Shown here: positions 41,641 to 53,404 of the stretch, piece after piece
Layout: each line of letters begins with the position of its first letter
How positions within the stretch are numbered: the first letter of the stretch is position 1
Assembly (NCBI GenBank): GCA_965644315.1
Contig: CBFFRQ010000056.1
Coordinates: 434,001-498,000 of the forward strand
DNA length: 64,000 nt
Source: Caecitellus pseudoparvulus
Taxonomy: Eukaryota; Protista; Bigyra: Bicosoecida
Reading direction: 5' to 3'
Position numbers and translations under genes: made by a program
Notes under the pieces: model-generated
The model's input: the letters and a program-made list of their open reading frames with translations, nothing else
What the model was told of the DNA's origin: nothing
The model's database searches: none

Positions 41641-43851
41641 TTAATCACCAGCCAGCTGCTTCCGGCATCGCTCATCCCCGTACTTTTGCCTGTATGCTGC
41701 AAGCAAGTGCGCAAAGGAGCCGCCACGGGGCGCTACTTCGCTGCTTGGCTCGTGCCTGGGGACGTACGCAGCTTTGCGGGCAGGCGAAGGAGCAGGAGGC
41801 TTGCGTGCGGCTGGTGTCGCAGGTTTGGCAGAACCACGGCTGATGTCACGTCGACGTGGCGAGTGCAGGGCCGCGTCTATGTCCAGAAGTTTGCCCCGAA
41901 TGCAGGGTGTGGCAGATGCAGCGAAGGCGGTGAGCGAGGCCTCGGCACCCACCAGCAGCGCCGGTTCCCTGTGTGGAAGTCGCGAAGCAGGAAGCCCAAC
42001 GTGATGTTCACGCACTGCACTAGCGGGTGCTCTGCGGGCCCGGTCCACGACTATGGAACAGGACTGCTTTGCTACCGAACCAGTTTGCCTAGCCTGCCCC
42101 GGTTGAGCGGCGTCGGCACTGCGTTCGCGCTGCCTGTGTCTCCACGCGACCTGCAGCGCCGGCCCAGCAGGGGCAAATTTCAGCGGCACAGCGGCGATGG
42201 ATCGCCCCAGGCACGCGACGGCGCTGGACACGGCGGCCCCCCACGCGCCCCACTCGACATCCGAAGCGTCCCCGCGAAACGACACTGTTTGCTGGCAAAA
42301 CCACACCTGCCGCACTATGGGCGCGGACTGCAGCACGCCTGCGCTGGCATCCACCAGGCACCTGCACGGCGACCTCCGCCTGGCTTGGGCGGAGCTCCTT
42401 TGGTGCAGAGCGGTGGAGCCCTCGGCACGTCCCCCCGTCGTGCTATTGATGAGTTCCTCGCAGAAGGCTCGCTGGCTGTCACGCAGCCAGTGCAGGTCTG
42501 CCTGCGACAAGGCGCCGGCAGGGGTGTCTGCCGCCCACACGTGGCTGGTGGTGACGGCGATGACCAGCGCGCCGCCCTGTGCTGGAGAAGAGTGGCCGTC
42601 TGACCCCGGAAAAGGCTCAAGGCGCACGGCTAGTTGACACGGCTGGGCCGCGTGGCACTCCCGCACCGCCTCAAGAAGCCCCGGCAACCGGCCCTGTGAC
42701 GTGACAGGAACCGTGCCGCTTGTGCTGTCCCACTGCAAAGCCGGGCCGTGAAGTGGCACGAAGCGTGCCAGAGGATCAGCTTCCCGGTGCCCGAAGGAGG
42801 CGCTGGCCCCCACGAGCAGCTTGCCGTGCCAGGCGTGCAGGAGTTCCCGCATGCATGCTATGAGGATGCCATCCTCCCCGAACAGTGGAGCGGCGCGGTG
42901 GCCACCCGGGGGCGGCGGCAGGACATCTGCGCAGTGCAGCACACCTTGAGCGCCCCCCGCAACACTCAAGCAGAGCGGTGCAACACACTCCAAGAAGGCG
43001 CGGCCGGGACTGTGGAGTGCTGACGTGAAGTTTGGGCGAAGGGAGCTGGCTTGCCGCGCGACTCCGCGCATCCCGCCCCATCGCAGCTGCAGTGCACCAT
43101 CAGCACAGCGCTTCGCACTGGACATACAGGCACTGCTGTCCCTGCTCCAAATCGGTGCTGGGTGCAGGTATACGTAAGTGTTGAGCAGGCCACGAGCATG
43201 GGACACCTCCACCTGCAGGGCAGCCCGGTCCGCCTCTGCAGCCAGGACTGCAGACGCGGCAGACTCAGTCCATGCTTGCGAGGCCGCAATGGTTTCACCA
43301 AGGGAGTTCACTCGTTCCTGGACAGCTCTCACAGCGGCACTGAGCTCCGCAGCCGCGGCACTTGCGGGCGGGCCAGGCGAGGCCACCGGAAGTGAAAGGC
43401 GGCGGGGTTCGTCTGCTGCAACCGCAGCGTCAGCTTGCTGAGAGCAGACGATCGGCGAACTTTCCGCAAGCCGAGTTTCGGAGGTTCCTAGCAAAGGAAT
43501 GCTGACGCTGAGGCTCTCGCGCTGGACGCAAGGGGAGGTGGAGCGGGGTCCAGGAGCAGGGCTGCCGAGCACCAGCTGAAAAGGGTGCTGCCTCGCTGCC
43601 AGCTTCAAGTCACGAAAGGACTCCTTGCACGCTGAAAAGGGCATTCGCGTGAAGTCATGGAGCACCTCACCGTCTATGGTTTCTGCACGAAGCAGCACTG
43701 CGCCAGGTTGCACCCCTGCCCCAGGTTCATGCAGGTTGGAAGCACATGCTGCGACGCAAGCGCCATTGGAACACCTTCCTCTGGATGAGAGGGATATTCC
43801 CACCTGGTCATGCTGCACAATGAGCCGCGTCTCGTGCGTGAGCAGGTCCAT
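41641..43851 (-). CDS. Hypothetical protein with a PDZ-like N-terminus and a coiled coil
   Basis: 736-aa ORF. VGISLS...GVQPGAVLL...DFTRMPF...PFQLVL resembles a PDZ fold. An AATGCA motif lies just after the stop. Confidence 0.6.
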   Translation of the reverse strand: MDLLTHETRLIVQHDQVGISLSSRGRCSNGACVAACASNLHEPGAGVQPGAVLLRAETIDGEVLHDFTRMPFSACKESFRDLKLAARQHPFQLVLGSPAPGPRSTSPCVQRESLSVSIPLLGTSETRLAESSPIVCSQQADAAVAADEPRRLSLPVASPGPPASAAAAELSAAVRAVQERVNSLGETIAASQAWTESAASAVLAAEADRAALQVEVSHARGLLNTYVYLHPAPIWSRDSSACMSSAKRCADGALQLRWGGMRGVARQASSLRPNFTSALHSPGRAFLECVAPLCLSVAGGAQGVLHCADVLPPPPGGHRAAPLFGEDGILIACMRELLHAWHGKLLVGASASFGHREADPLARFVPLHGPALQWDSTSGTVPVTSQGRLPGLLEAVRECHAAQPCQLAVRLEPFPGSDGHSSPAQGGALVIAVTTSHVWAADTPAGALSQADLHWLRDSQRAFCEELINSTTGGRAEGSTALHQRSSAQARRRSPCRCLVDASAGVLQSAPIVRQVWFCQQTVSFRGDASDVEWGAWGAAVSSAVACLGRSIAAVPLKFAPAGPALQVAWRHRQRERSADAAQPGQARQTGSVAKQSCSIVVDRARRAPASAVREHHVGLPASRLPHREPALLVGAEASLTAFAASATPCIRGKLLDIDAALHSPRRRDISRGSAKPATPAARKPPAPSPARKAAYVPRHEPSSEVAPRGGSFAHLLAAYRQKYGDERCRKQLAGD

Positions 43852-43973
43852 GGGGGAAAGTCACCGCTGAGCAACGCAGGCGAAACGCAGCTTCCTGCAA
43901 CGCTTCGTGGCGTGGCTGGTCGAGCAGAGAGCAGTTTGGGCCAAGGTGAGGCTTGCAGATGGAAAAACAAACT

Positions 43974-46900
43974 TCATTCGACGAGGGAGTATCCAGCCGT
44001 GTCCAGGGTGAGCTTGCCACTCTTGACCAAGCTGCGCAGGAATGCCCGCAATTCGTCTTGGGAGAATTGGTCTGTGCAAGGGGGTGTGCGGCGTGCCTGG
44101 TGCGAGGCATGCGATGGACAGAGAGTAGGGGGCTCCGTCTTGGCACGTACAGGCACTGCTGTCCATGGATAAGAACATTTTGAGGTTGTTGTGGATGCTG
44201 GCCAGGGGCAGCGTGCCCATGTTGCGCAGCATGCCCTCCACAAACTGCTCGCACACAGACATGTGCTGCATGGTCTCTGCATCAAGCTCGTCTTCGTCCT
44301 CTTCACCCGCGGCGGCGGCGGCAGCGGGAGCCGCGTCATGGGCTCGTGCAGGGCGCAGGGTGCCCCCCTCGCCCGCCCCGTCCAACACCAACACGCCAGC
44401 TCGAAGCCACACGCCTGCCAGCTTCGCCACCGTGGCGGCCTGCAGCGCCATGCTGGAGGCGATGGCACCCACCTCCATGCCCTGCTCCTGCTCACCTGCA
44501 AACATGAGCACAGACGCCTCCAATGGGGACGCCTGCACGGTCAGGGGCTCACTATGTCCTGCCGGTGTCACACGCAGGCGCATGCGGCCCAGGTGGTGCT
44601 GCCACCGCAGGTGCCGCGGCGCCTTCAGCCGCTCGTACGCCTTTGTGTACGCTTGGACATGGACGGCCAAGGATGGGTGTAGTCTGGGTGCGGGGGGGGG
44701 CACGGAGTGGTCGTCCTCCGGCGCCTGCACTGGCTGCCCCGCCCCATCCACCACCGTGGGCCCTCGCCTCAGCGCCGGCCAGTAGTGCTCTGACAGCAGC
44801 TTGGGGCCGAAGTGGGGCAAGGTGTCGCTGGGCTGCAAGGCCTGTTCTGCCTCCTGCACCGTGGCAGTGCTGCGTTTGGACTCAGCGATGTCCATGAGCA
44901 TGACTTCAGCCTCGTGCATGACGGCGCCGCCGAATCGCACCTTGAGCAACTCCAAGGTGCCCACCTCCGCCTCCACGTCGTAGCCGTGCGCAGACAGCAC
45001 CCGCTTGCGCAGCTGGGACCGGAACTCCGTCGCAAACACCTCCGGCGAGCCGTACAGCGCGATGAGGGTGGCCATGAGGTCGCCGCTGGCCGACGCACGC
45101 ACGCCGTCTGTAAGGTGGTCCCGGCTGTCTGGCTGCCACAGGCCCGCGTGCATGGCAGGCGCCGCCTGCGCCAGGGCCTCCCGCACCCAACGTGCCTCCC
45201 AGCCGGTGGCCGGCAGGCTCAGGGCCAGCACTGCAGGCCCCTTGCGGGTGAGGGGGGCAGGGAGGGGGCCGGCCTGCCCCCCGGGCCTGGCGAAGGCTGC
45301 GTCCTCCCGTGTCAGGGCGCCAGGCAGCGCGCCGCTGGTTTTGGGAGCTGCAGCCTGCAGGGCGCGTCGCAGCTCGGCTGCTGCCTCCCCTGGCGCGCTC
45401 TCAGCGCTGAGGGCACTGTCGTCCAGGCCGGGCGAGGAGGGGCTGGCTGTGAGGGCGGTGACGATACACTGCACTGTGTCAGCGCGGCCCCGGAGGTGGC
45501 GCTGGATGCAGGCAGTGGCCGTGTCTGCCACAATGCCCGAGGGGTCCACGTGCTGCAGTGCCTTGAGGGCCATGCTGTACACGTCCAGCACGGTGGGTGT
45601 GGGCACCGCCAAGCGCAAGAGGCGTGCTTGGAAGCAGCCCTCCACCTCCCGTGCGATGGCTTTGCGCAGGCTTGGCACCTGCTGCACGCACGTCCTCAAG
45701 GCCTGCAGCGTGGCCATGCACTCCGGCCACCCCTTGATGGCATCGAACGTACGAGGCAGGAGGCGCCTGCCCAGGCAGCGAAAGGCCGCCGTGCGCAGTG
45801 CGGCGGCGAGGCGGCCTGTAGAGCCCTGCACGGGCTGTGAGGAGCTCCACGTCCTGGCCGTCTGCGGCCACACGCACACTGGCGTGACCAAATCGGGGTT
45901 GGCGGCGTGCTGTGCCGATGCCGTGGCTGGACATGGCTCCTCGTGCACTGGTTGGGGCACGTCGGGCAGCATGTCACACAGGTAGGGCAGGGCAGTCGAA
46001 TCCAGCCAGGCGCCCAGCTGGTCAGCCACACCATCCTTGACCTCACTGTCACCGTCCCCAACGAACTCGTCGACGATGGACTGCACCGCTGTGCAGCTGC
46101 CTTCTTGCACTGCCGCCTGCAAGCTTGGGCCGTCTCGCACCACCGTGGCAGCTGCCGCCACACACTGCTGCAGTGCGGACAAGGGGGGCGGCAAGGGAGC
46201 ACCGGGTGGTTGTCTGCTTAGTTCACGGAGGCTGTGCTCTGCGCAGACCCGCGCGGCTTCCAGCACAGCCTGCGTACGGGGGGGCGGTGTGTGCTGGATG
46301 GCGTTACGGCCGAAACGCTCAATGGCGCACCTTTTGCAATGGGTGGTTCCCTCCCTGAGGCCATTCCCGGCTGCTGAGGGCGTGCAGCAGCTCAACCACA
46401 CAGCTGTGATCATGCACCGCCTCGACCACGCCCTCTGCAGCTGTGACCGCCCCACGGCACTCGTCTTGCTGCTGGGCAAAGGCGACCAGATCCATGTCCG
46501 TGGTTCGCCGCCGCACCGGTCGAAGCTGGCAGTGGTGGTTGGGGGAGTTTCAGCCGGCACAAGCCCTGGGGCGGGTGGTGACTCTGTCTCACCATGGCCA
46601 TTGTGCACAGCATTCGTCGTTGTGTTCGCCTTGCCGCGCTGCCTGCGTGCGGCCGGGCTGCGCTTCTCTCTCCCGCTGCTATGTTGCGCGTGCACATGAC
46701 TGCTTCCCGTGTCTGGGGTCCACCGGGCAGTCTGGCCAGACAGGGCACCTCCTGCCCCCTCCCAAGGCGCACTGATGCACCCCACCTCCAGCAGGTTGCC
46801 TCAAGGCGCCCCACGGGCCGTGTTTCGGAGGCTGTCGCCGTCTCGGCAGAGATGCTGCCACCACATCCTCCGCAGCTGCGTTGCCGCCCCAGCCCAGCCC

Positions 46901-47187
46901 GCTGTGCCACCAAGAGCATGGTAGGACGTGCCCGAAGTCCTCACTTTGTTCCTGTTCCGCACATGTGCGTATCTGGCCGAGCACGCGAGGCTGGGGCGCA
47001 GGCACAGCTTGGCGTGGTTGCAGCATTGTAGCAGGAAACGCTGCTGGCCAGCTCAGCAACCGGCCACGCTTGCCTTGAAACCCCTCAGCAACGCCTCTGC
47101 AGCGCGCCGCCGCGCGGCGGCCACCTGTGCCGAGGTCAAGGCCGAGTCACTGCCCCACCCCTGAGGATGCTCAGCCGCTATTGCCAT
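43974..47187 (-). CDS. ANAPC2: Anaphase-promoting complex subunit 2 (cullin-like); 5' exons uncertain
   Basis: RLLRLAVPT..VLDVYSMALKALQHVDPSG, LRGRADTVQCIV, WQPDS, LIALYGSPEVFATEFR, LELLKVRFG, EVMLMDIAESKR, LSEHYWP, RHLRWQHHLG and the WHB region FVEGMLRNMGTLPLASIHNNLKMF. The last exon reads DQFSQDELRAFL...YSLVE. The start at 47187 is tentative. Confidence 0.9.
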
Positions 47188-47517
47188 GCTTTTGGGGCAG
47201 TCCGCGTTGGAATGGGCGTGGAATGAGCATTTGGCGGGCCAGCTGCAGCTGAACCTTGAGCCACAGCGTCGCCCCCGCCTCAATTCCAACTCTCCTCCAG
47301 CCGTGTCCGCACCTTGCGCTGCGCAGGAAGTGCAAGGGCGACCACTTCAGCCACCACCACCAGCTGCACCGCGCCCAGTCCCACCTGGCACGTAGCCTGG
47401 TGGGGAGGCGCCTTGGGAGCAGCGTCGGGCCGAGGTTGGTGCAGTGCCTTTCAGTGACAGACGGCCCCTTGCGGCTTTCGGTTGGGCCTTCGCACGCCTC
47501 ATTCGTTGAAGAGCAAG

Positions 47518-50025
47518 ATGAAGAAGGCAACGACGCTGTACTATGCCGGAAACTCGCCGGGCGTCCTGCTGTGGATGACCATGTGAGTGGGAGTGAATGC
47601 CGTCGCCCCGCAGAGGCACGTCGCTGCCACCGCGCCTCTCATGCCCTCCAATCCGCGCCAGGTGGCACACTGTCGAGTTGAAGCTGCTCACACTGGGCTT
47701 GGGATTGCTCGCCACAGTGGCGGTGATCAGCCAGCTTGGGTACAACAACACGATGTGGGGGCTGGCCGGTGCGTGGCTGGCGCTTGCACAGAGGGACGCT
47801 GATGGCGGCATTTCCCCCGCCGCCGCATCGGCCACCAACCTGGCCTGCTCACTCGGCGCTCAGCATCCCTCCTGCGCTCCCGCCGCGCAGTTTCGAAAGG
47901 CATCAACGTGACTGCCAACTCCACCATGTCATACGGCTTCCGAGAGGGCCTGCTGGCGTCTGACAACCCCCTGGGGGAGCCGTACATCTGGTATGCCTGG
48001 ATTCACTTCGGCTGGTCCAGCGCCTTTTCCGGCATCGCGCTCACCTCCCTCATTACGCTGCACTACGCCAACTTCAAGCTCGTGCGCTGTGACCGACTGC
48101 TGTACACTGCCCTGTCAGGGGTGGTGCCCACCCTCGTGGTGTTCTTGGCATTTTTCTACTTGTTTGCCATCACCGGCGGGACGGGGGGGCGCAACCTCGT
48201 CACGCTGTACCTCATCTGTGCCTTCTTCGTGCAAGTCATCCCAGCCTTCGTGACGCCCTACGTGTACAAGCCCATCTTGCGGGATCTGCTGTACAGCCCC
48301 ATCAAGCTGTCCATCCTGTCCATCGTGCTCACCGTCATCGTGGCCCTGGTGGTGCTGGACGTCATCACGCCCATCTTCGCCAACAGCTCCAGCCTCACCC
48401 GCATCCTCATCCGCCTGGTGGCCTTCCCCCTCCTCATCGAGCTGCCCGCCGGCGCAGTGCGCACGGCTGCTCGCTTCTGGATGAAGGAGGACTTCCCCCT
48501 GGACCGCGTCCTGACGGCCCTCCTGGGCCCCGTCGTCCTCTCCTCCATGGTGGGCCGCTTCCTGGCCACCAACATGGAGACGGTGTGGGAGACCATCGGC
48601 GTCTCCGTCCTCCTCTCCGCCATCGAGCTGCTGCTGCGGGTGACCATGCTGCTGCGGGATGACTTCTACGTGCAGTGCTGCGGCCGCCCCTGTGGCGGCA
48701 AGTCTGCCAAACGCAAGAAGGGCCGCTCAGAGAACAGGGCCTGGGTGCAGTTCATGCTGTTCGAGACCATTTTCGAGGACGTGGGCATCTTCCTGTCCCT
48801 GCCCGTGGCGCTCATTTTCCGCATCCCACCCATCCCCGGTGGCACGCCGCTGCCTGTCTGGGACGTCATCATTCGCGTGCTGATTCAGGTCGCCATCGAG
48901 ACCCTGACTGACATTTGCTACGCCCTGGGGTACTACTTCATGGTGTCCTGCTGCGGTGTGCGGTACAACGCCATCACGCCCGTGGAGATGCGCAACCGCC
49001 GGCGCACCACCATGATGCGCTTCAGCGAGAACCGCCGCTTCCTCTTCCTGCCCAAGTCCGTGCGCAAGCTGGCCCGCAAGAGCACTGGGGGCGCCTCCTC
49101 CGCCATGTCCTCCTCCACGGACGACCAGTCTGGGCCCGGCGTGGACACGCCCAGCAAGGCCCTGTCCAAGAAGGTGTCCAGCTCCGTGCCCATGCTGGAC
49201 GACGCACCCCACTCCAGCGGGGCAGGCACGCCCGTGTCCGCTTCCACCCAGCCGCCTGCCCTGCAGGTCGAGACGGAGCTGGTCCGGGTCAAGGAGGGTA
49301 GTGCCTCCCCCACCGTGGCAGGCTCCATGACGCCTGGCCCGTCGGCACAGGGCCCGTCCATGCCAGAGGCACCAGGGGACCTGCCAGGCTTCTTCTCCTG
49401 CAGCCCGTGCTGCATGCGGGAGGACCACCCCTCCGCGGCCTTTGCCCGCAAGCAGCTGGCGGCGGAGCTGTACAAGGAGGTGCGGTGGGAGGACGAGTTC
49501 ATGTGGGAGCCGGTGCCGCTGGGGCTGGTGGCGTACCAGACCACCTGCAGCTCTGTGAACGTGCAGGAGCCGTCAGCCTACGGCGCACAGCTGGAGGACA
49601 CGCAGGACAAACGCCTGCGACGCGAGATCGCGCGTTCCAGTGGCTTCCCTGGCTCTGCGGTGTCTTCATACCAGAGCAGTGACGGCGCGTCAGCCGAGAC
49701 GCCTGCGGGGGCGGGCACGGTGGATGCAGAGGCTGGCCTGGCCTTCGACACGGCCATCGCCGCTGCCAACGGCACCGAGCCCGAGCAGAGCCTGGACGAC
49801 GGCTTCGACCCGTCCCTGTCCATGTTGCTCACGCTGCGCATGGAGCTGGTTGCCCTGCGCTTCCTGCGCGCGTGGGAGACCCGGTTCAAGTACTTCACGG
49901 TGATCCTGGCAATTGGCGCCTTTGGCGGCAGCCTGTACGTCATGCGGACATTTGTCGGGGGTCTGTGCCCATATGGTGATGCTGATGATCCCAGCACATG
50001 GATTTACGACTACTGCACCACGTAA
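47518..50025 (+). CDS. Uncharacterised ~11-TM membrane protein, paralogue B (3 exons; start tentative)
   Basis: MKKATTLYYAGNSPGVLLWMTM|WHTVELKL...WGLA|VSKGINVTANST..., IELPAGAVR, VGRFLATNM, ETIFEDVGI, IQVAIETLTD, an insert, then MELVALRFLRAWETRF-TM-CPYGDADDPSTWIYDYC. Confidence 0.85.
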
Positions 50026-50066
50026 TGCACTGTGCATTGCCGCTCAGCCGTCCAGGGCAGACACCG

Positions 50067-52874
50067 TCACAGAGCGCGCAGCGCCAGGGCAGGGGGTGTG
50101 CTGGGCGGCGGCACCGGCACCACCCGCACCGGCACGTCCACTGCCCCCAGAATGGCCCACTCGGCAGGCACCAGCCCGCCCAAACACAAGACGGTGACGG
50201 GCCCCTCCGCGCCCAGTCGCTGCACACACTGCACGAGTTTCTTCAAGGCGGCTTGCCGGGCCTTGTCCTCGGCAGTGCTGGTCGTGCCCCCCCCCCGTCC
50301 TCCCAGGAGTGAGCCCAAGGCTGTGCCGCCCCAGGCGCCGAGGGAGGTGAGGCCCCCAAGCACACGCCCAGCAGCGTCACTGGCAGCCTGCTGCACGGCA
50401 TCCAACACGGAGCCACAGCGGTTGTCCAGGACGTGAGACAAGGTGCAAACTGCCGCATGCAGGGTGCGTGTTTGCACGTCTTGCGCGGAGGCTGGATCGA
50501 ACACGATGCGACGCCCCAATGCCACGGCGCCCAGGACACGTCCCAGAACGCGAGGACACGCCAGCAGGTCCTGAGGCGCACACGAGCCGTTCAGGGGAGG
50601 CATGGGCCCATGCACTGCGCCGAGAGGGTGCGGCGTGCCCCCTGCCAGTGCTGGCAGCAGGCGAGCCGACCCGGCTTCCCGGACCCGGCGCACCAGGCGC
50701 ACTGTCGCCCGGTGAACGGCGCCCTTGTCCAGGCAGGTGTCCAGCCCGCGTGCTGGCTGCACTTCCGAGGGCAGCAGCACCCCCTGCGCCAACAGCTGCA
50801 GGGGAGCAGGATGCCGGGCCAGGGCGTCTGCCACAGCTAGCACCAGGGCCTCTTCCCCCACCAGTGGGGTGCCGGGGCCCACCAAGGCAGGCGCCAGGGC
50901 GGGGGGCAGGGGCATGGCCTTGCTGCCGTGTTCACCGGCAGCGCGCTGCGACGCCGCCACCGGCCCCAGCTGAGCATACGCCTCCTCCGCTAGCACCAGC
51001 GCCTCGGATAAGGACACACCCTGCTCCGCGCTGCCTGGTGCCAGCAGCGCTGCGAGGTCGGGCAGTGGTGCCACGCTGCCTCCTTCTGCTGCCAGGCCCA
51101 CCATCGCCGCCAGAGTCGGCAGCGTGGCGCGCGCGGCAGTGGAGGGCTCTCGAAGTGCCTCCCAGGCCTGCAGCAGCTGCTGCTGCAGGGCAGGCTGGCG
51201 TGCCACGGGGTGGGCCCAGCACGGCACATGCAGCAGCGCCACAATCGCACCAGCGGCCATGCACACTGCTGCGTGGACATCCGGGTCCAGGATGCCGCCG
51301 GCAACGGCGGCTGCGGCACAGAGGAGGTCCAAGGCGGCCTGGCGCCGCTCTGCATGTGGCTGCAGAGCGGAAGCTGCGGAATTCAGGCTGGCCAGAGGCA
51401 CACACACCCCCTCTTCTCCGGGCGTCGTGCGTACGGCAAGGACGGCGCGCCTGGAGGGGCACAACTGCACGTACACGTCACAGGCAGCGGCAACGTGGGC
51501 GTGGGCTTCCCCCCTCAGCCCCTGCAGCAGCAACAGCAACGCCTGCGCCCCGGTGGGGGTGCCCAGGCGCTGCATGTGCGCGGCTGCGGCGGCCCAGGCG
51601 GCTGACGGGGGCTGGTCCGTCCTGCGCCCCCAGCCCAGCCCGAGGGCGATGGCGTGGAACAACGCGGCTGCTGCAGAGAGAGACGTGTCGGTGGCCTTGA
51701 GCACGTCAAGAAGGGTCGGGGCGGTGTCCCCCAAGGCGGGCATGTCCGCTGGTGTGCTGTGGCGCACCGCCGCCTGGAAGGAGCCGTGCAGGGCACGGTG
51801 TCTGGCGACGGCGGCGGGCAGGCAGGGCGGCTCTAACGCCCCCGCCGCACCAGCTGGGTCCCACGTTCGGTCCAGGAGCAGGATGGCCCCTCCGGCCTCT
51901 GCAGGCTTGGGCTGGGGCGCATCCGCCACAGCCTCAGCGGCGATGTCCTCCACCTCCCGGGCCAACTCCTGCCCCATGCCTTCCAGCAACTCACGAGCAC
52001 TGTGCACGAGGGCCAGGCGCAGCGAGTTGAAGCCTGGCCACGTGCCCAGCAGGGCTTCCTGCCCAGACTCTGCCGCTGCGGCGGCAACAGCGGCAGGCAG
52101 CGTGGCCACAGGCGCCGCTGCGGCCGCCGCCTCCTGCTCAGACGCTACCACATGCCCCAGCAGGGAACTGGACCTCCCCAGCGCGAAGACCGGCTGCATA
52201 TCGGGCTCTGGGAGGGTTGCAGCCACCCAGGAGGCGGCCAGGCGCAGGCGCTGTCGCCAGGGACGCGGCATGTCGGATGAGTCCACCTCGCTCACGTGCT
52301 GGGGTGGCGGGGCGTCCGTCTCAGAGGGGAGGTCGCTCACCGCCAGGGGCCGTGGGAGGTCCTGCGCCGAAGCAGGCAGGGGCAGCACGCTCAGTGCCCC
52401 GGCAGGTGAAGGGAGCGTGGCTGGCGTTGCGGCAGTGAGGCCCGGCACATGCATGACGTGCAGGCGCTGAAGCGCCGCGAGGGCGAGGGCTGGAGGGAGG
52501 GTGTCGCCCTCCACATCTTCCTGTGCACATGATGGCGTGGCGATGCGTGCCATGATGCCCGCCAGCCGCTGCAGCGGCTGCAGGCAGTGCAGCGCTGCCA
52601 GGTGTTGGTTGGCCGACGCTGCCGTGGACACCAGCACGACACGGGGCGGCTTCAGCTCGCGAAGGGTATGCAGCAGGGCGCTCAGATGCACCCAAATATA
52701 AGAACTGTACACCACAACAGCGCTGCACCCCACCAGCTCCGTGGGGGGAGTGCCTCCCACTGGCAGGGTGGCATGCGGAAATTGCCCGTCCACACACCGC
52801 TCAGCTTCCCCCTCGCAGCCGGGGAACGGCAGCAGCACCAGTGTGCCGAGCTTGGCTGCTGCACTGGAATCCAT
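50067..52874 (-). CDS. Divergent Sec1/Munc18-family protein, SCFD2/MIP3-like
   Basis: ILLLDRTWDP (Sec1 DRxxD), VFALGRSSSLLG, and C-terminal TVLCLGGLVPAE ~ IxFVxGGxTxxE. Confidence 0.6.
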   Translation of the reverse strand: MDSSAAAKLGTLVLLPFPGCEGEAERCVDGQFPHATLPVGGTPPTELVGCSAVVVYSSYIWVHLSALLHTLRELKPPRVVLVSTAASANQHLAALHCLQPLQRLAGIMARIATPSCAQEDVEGDTLPPALALAALQRLHVMHVPGLTAATPATLPSPAGALSVLPLPASAQDLPRPLAVSDLPSETDAPPPQHVSEVDSSDMPRPWRQRLRLAASWVAATLPEPDMQPVFALGRSSSLLGHVVASEQEAAAAAAPVATLPAAVAAAAAESGQEALLGTWPGFNSLRLALVHSARELLEGMGQELAREVEDIAAEAVADAPQPKPAEAGGAILLLDRTWDPAGAAGALEPPCLPAAVARHRALHGSFQAAVRHSTPADMPALGDTAPTLLDVLKATDTSLSAAAALFHAIALGLGWGRRTDQPPSAAWAAAAAHMQRLGTPTGAQALLLLLQGLRGEAHAHVAAACDVYVQLCPSRRAVLAVRTTPGEEGVCVPLASLNSAASALQPHAERRQAALDLLCAAAAVAGGILDPDVHAAVCMAAGAIVALLHVPCWAHPVARQPALQQQLLQAWEALREPSTAARATLPTLAAMVGLAAEGGSVAPLPDLAALLAPGSAEQGVSLSEALVLAEEAYAQLGPVAASQRAAGEHGSKAMPLPPALAPALVGPGTPLVGEEALVLAVADALARHPAPLQLLAQGVLLPSEVQPARGLDTCLDKGAVHRATVRLVRRVREAGSARLLPALAGGTPHPLGAVHGPMPPLNGSCAPQDLLACPRVLGRVLGAVALGRRIVFDPASAQDVQTRTLHAAVCTLSHVLDNRCGSVLDAVQQAASDAAGRVLGGLTSLGAWGGTALGSLLGGRGGGTTSTAEDKARQAALKKLVQCVQRLGAEGPVTVLCLGGLVPAEWAILGAVDVPVRVVPVPPPSTPPALALRAL

Positions 52875-53404
52875 GTCGTCAGGCCCCCTTGCCCAGAAAG
52901 TGGTCTAAGAGGCTGGCCCACGGGGCGAGCGCGCTGCCTTGTGCTTGCCCGGGAAGGTTGCTTGGCTGGGGGCGATGCCGCTGGGCGTGTCAAGCGCCAT
53001 CAAGGCGGCGAACGTGTGGGGGAATGCCCTGCCAGCTCCTGCCCCTCGCGGCTGGTCGACAGGGAGAGGATTCGTTTTGCACGATGCTTGTGTATCCCTA
53101 CCCTCCACTCCTCATTTCCCTATTGCGGAGGTCGCCGTCGCTTCGCCCTGCGCCTGCTTTTCCCGGCATGCCACGTGCACAGCGGGAGGTCGGCGGGGCA
53201 TTGCCGCTTGCAGCGCGGGCGTGTGCACCGCGCAAAACCCTCGCCGTGCCATACACCGCCGGCGCCAAGCCCCCACCGTCCATACTCAAACCCACACTGC
53301 TTCGTTGCTTTGCCGTGCACGGCATTTGACCCGCGCAGAGGCTGGGTTTTGCGAGGCAGCTGCACAGCCCGCTGACGGGCACCGCCAACAGCGCTGTGCC
53401 CAGC

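Noticed and set aside
47053-47080. GC-AG intron donor (AAG|GCAAGC) in the putative first APC2 exon
   Set aside because: The upstream exon chain could not be resolved by eye, so the donor is unsupported without RNA data.
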